In this document: piece by piece, positions 62,324 through 64,000 of the stretch | Numbering within the stretch: position 1 is the stretch's first letter | Layout of the letters: the number at the start of each line of letters is the position of its first letter | Assembly: GCA_040954595.2 (NCBI GenBank) | Contig: CM082591.2 | Coordinates: forward strand, 11,735,309 to 11,799,308 | Source of the DNA: Balanoglossus misakiensis | Taxonomy: Eukaryota; Animalia; Hemichordata | Reading direction: 5' to 3' | Length of the DNA: 64,000 nucleotides | Position numbers and translations under genes: made by a program | The notes under the pieces: model-generated | Seen by the model: the letters and a program-made list of their open reading frames with translations, nothing else | What the model was told of the DNA's origin: nothing | Databases searched by the model: none

Positions 62324-64000
62324 CTGAAAAAAATGACAAATTCAGGATGAAAACAACAAAAGTTTGGTGAGAAAAGATCCCAAGTTGAATTGACACACAG
62401 ATTGGCAGATATTTCCACGAAATATCACATGTAAATGGTGCAACAACAGATTAACCGATCAGGCCATGACAAATACTGCACCTCTTCACAAAAACTGCTG
62501 GGTTGCAATTTATAGCATAAAATTACTGTAAAACAGGAAATTTTTGTGATATCACAAGAAAGCTGACTATTCCATTGCTCACATTGTTTCTTTGCGACCA
62601 TTTATTTTCACGTTTTTTGGCTCTCACGAAATTCGCAAAAATTTCCCCTTTTACAATAGTATGGTTGGATCTATACAATGTATACATTGAATGGGGATGA
62701 ACACTGGACAGTGGAGCATTCTATATTAAAATTTGGGAAAACATTGAAGCCATATTAAGGTCATACTTGATTAAGCTGAAAGTCGGCACAGAATAAATTT
62801 GAAATTCAATTGGCTACAAAAATTGACTTTTCTGCCATTCTGAGATCTCCATGCTGAGCTCAATTATGTTGCTGCTTCATATAGTGGTCAGCAATAAAAA
62901 CTTACTACTGTTACAGTGGTTATACATGTAACTCTTATTAAATGTTTTTTTTCTTGTTTTATCATGAAATCTGACAATATCACGAAATCTGACTGTGGGT
63001 GGCACGACAGAATAAAACTGGTTTTCGTCTCAACTTTTGTACATGTAGTGACACAATGAAAGAATGACAGAGAAACTGCTAACAGACAGATTATTATAAT
63101 TTTTTTACCTTTTCATGTCACTTTTATAAAACACTGCATGGCAACAAATGTGAACCATGAACAATTTGCAAGACAATGAACTAGAAGTTGAACGAGATTT
63201 GAAGACCTGCTCTGGAAGTAATTGATTGACACTCACCCATGAGTAAGATTCCGCATGGGGCTGTGTGGCTTTCTTCAAGTAATTGTAGAATATATGTAAC
63301 ATGGATGTCAGTGTACATAGTGTTGGTCTGGTCGGCACTGATGTCTCTACACAGCATGGAGCTGAGTATGGTGGGCCTTTCTACAATCAACTGAGCTAAA
63401 TCCTAGAATCAGAAAGGTAGCAGTGAAGTAAAATCAAATATGTTTGTCAAAACAACAACAACAATAACAACACACATAATCATATTCAAATAAAAATCAC
63501 TTGGTTCATGCTTAGAACTTTCTATAAACTTACTCTTTTTTTTTGCACATACTCCAATGAAAATACTGTTTGATATATAGATCACAGACTTTTGCATTTT
63601 CAACTGTTTTTGTTCTAATACTATTTGTGTGTAGCCCTCACCCAGAACCTGTATGTATGATTCACAATCATATGTCTTTATTTGTTTCTACCAGAGGTCT
63701 CCACGACTCATACTGGAAATACACAAATCATCATCTTACCAATGCAAGGTCGGCCATTTCATGAAGCTGATTGGTCGAAGAATATTTGGAGAGGAACATG
63801 ATGTACGCACTGATGGTGAGTGGCTCTGTTTCCATCTGGCAAGCCTTAGGACTAACAGCACATCGCTCACTGTGTTAAACGGCACAAAAGTTACAATTTC
63901 TGTCAAACTCTGCACCTATTCTAGTTTCCCCCCAAAAAGTTCACGAAAATGGCAAGCTAGACTTCAGTGTTATATTGAAATTCTACATTAAATTAAGCAC

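Larger units (their letters stand above)
54394..63402 (-). pseudogene. INTS1: Integrator complex subunit 1, 3' part, frameshifted and internally deleted
   Basis: Exons 63402-63237, 62323-62251, 61887-61729, 61446-61319, 60420-60241, 57742-57504, 57022-56952, 56714-56625, 55155-55046, 54518-54394. Peptides ALEDLEPAQLVLFVQSFGIPVNSMSKLLQHLD, DKGYMAQLVEVQ and ALQHLPEFALLCQE match INTS1. Three exons have phase-incompatible lengths. AATAAA on - strand at 54065-54070. Confidence 0.85.

Noticed and set aside
63105-63230. EQVFKSR..VHICCHAV as the missing INTS1 exon
   Set aside because: Similarity is slight and it would need an implausibly short intron; probably chance.
63695-63814. + strand exon-like segment as the missing NCF4 SH3 exon
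   Set aside because: Splice signals are good, but no frame gives an SH3 G.FP motif; identity unknown.
1-64000. tRNA, rRNA or prokaryotic/phage features
   Set aside because: No cloverleaf, rRNA-like sequence or operon-like ORF density seen by eye; a covariance-model scan would be needed to exclude small RNAs.

Overview
AT-rich eukaryotic (animal, spliceosomal-intron) DNA; a marine invertebrate is my inference from the transposon repertoire. Nearly all track ORFs are spurious. Genes: (1) a + strand PX-SH3 gene with the exon layout of p40phox/NCF4 (six in-frame exons, 28128-50443) that stops mid-SH3; (2) a disabled secreted Cys-rich protein gene (50962-52675); (3) the 3' half of Integrator subunit 1 (INTS1) on the - strand (54394-63402), with three frameshifts and missing exon blocks. 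The rest is densely nested DNA transposons (Academ, AcademH-like, Kolobok, P-like, hAT, ISL2EU, Harbinger, Tc1/mariner, Helentron/HINE), a Gypsy-type solo LTR, a 5-unit 1.58-kb tandem array in a (TTA)n tract, and a triplicated intronic block whose copies give empty-site controls. The most striking signal is five non-coding families (four with unrelated sequence) sharing one design: a 140-190 nt terminal hairpin, usually beside an IR-bounded body. Their hairpin mismatches are repeatedly tandem GA/GA pairs, with GNA/GNNA loops, always on the same strand relative to the body. This points to selection for a strand-specific folded single-stranded DNA substrate (Crypton-like elements using an attC/REP-like site is my hypothesis). 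Coordinates were counted by eye and may be off by a few bases; superfamily names come from terminus/TSD rules and recalled motifs, not database searches.
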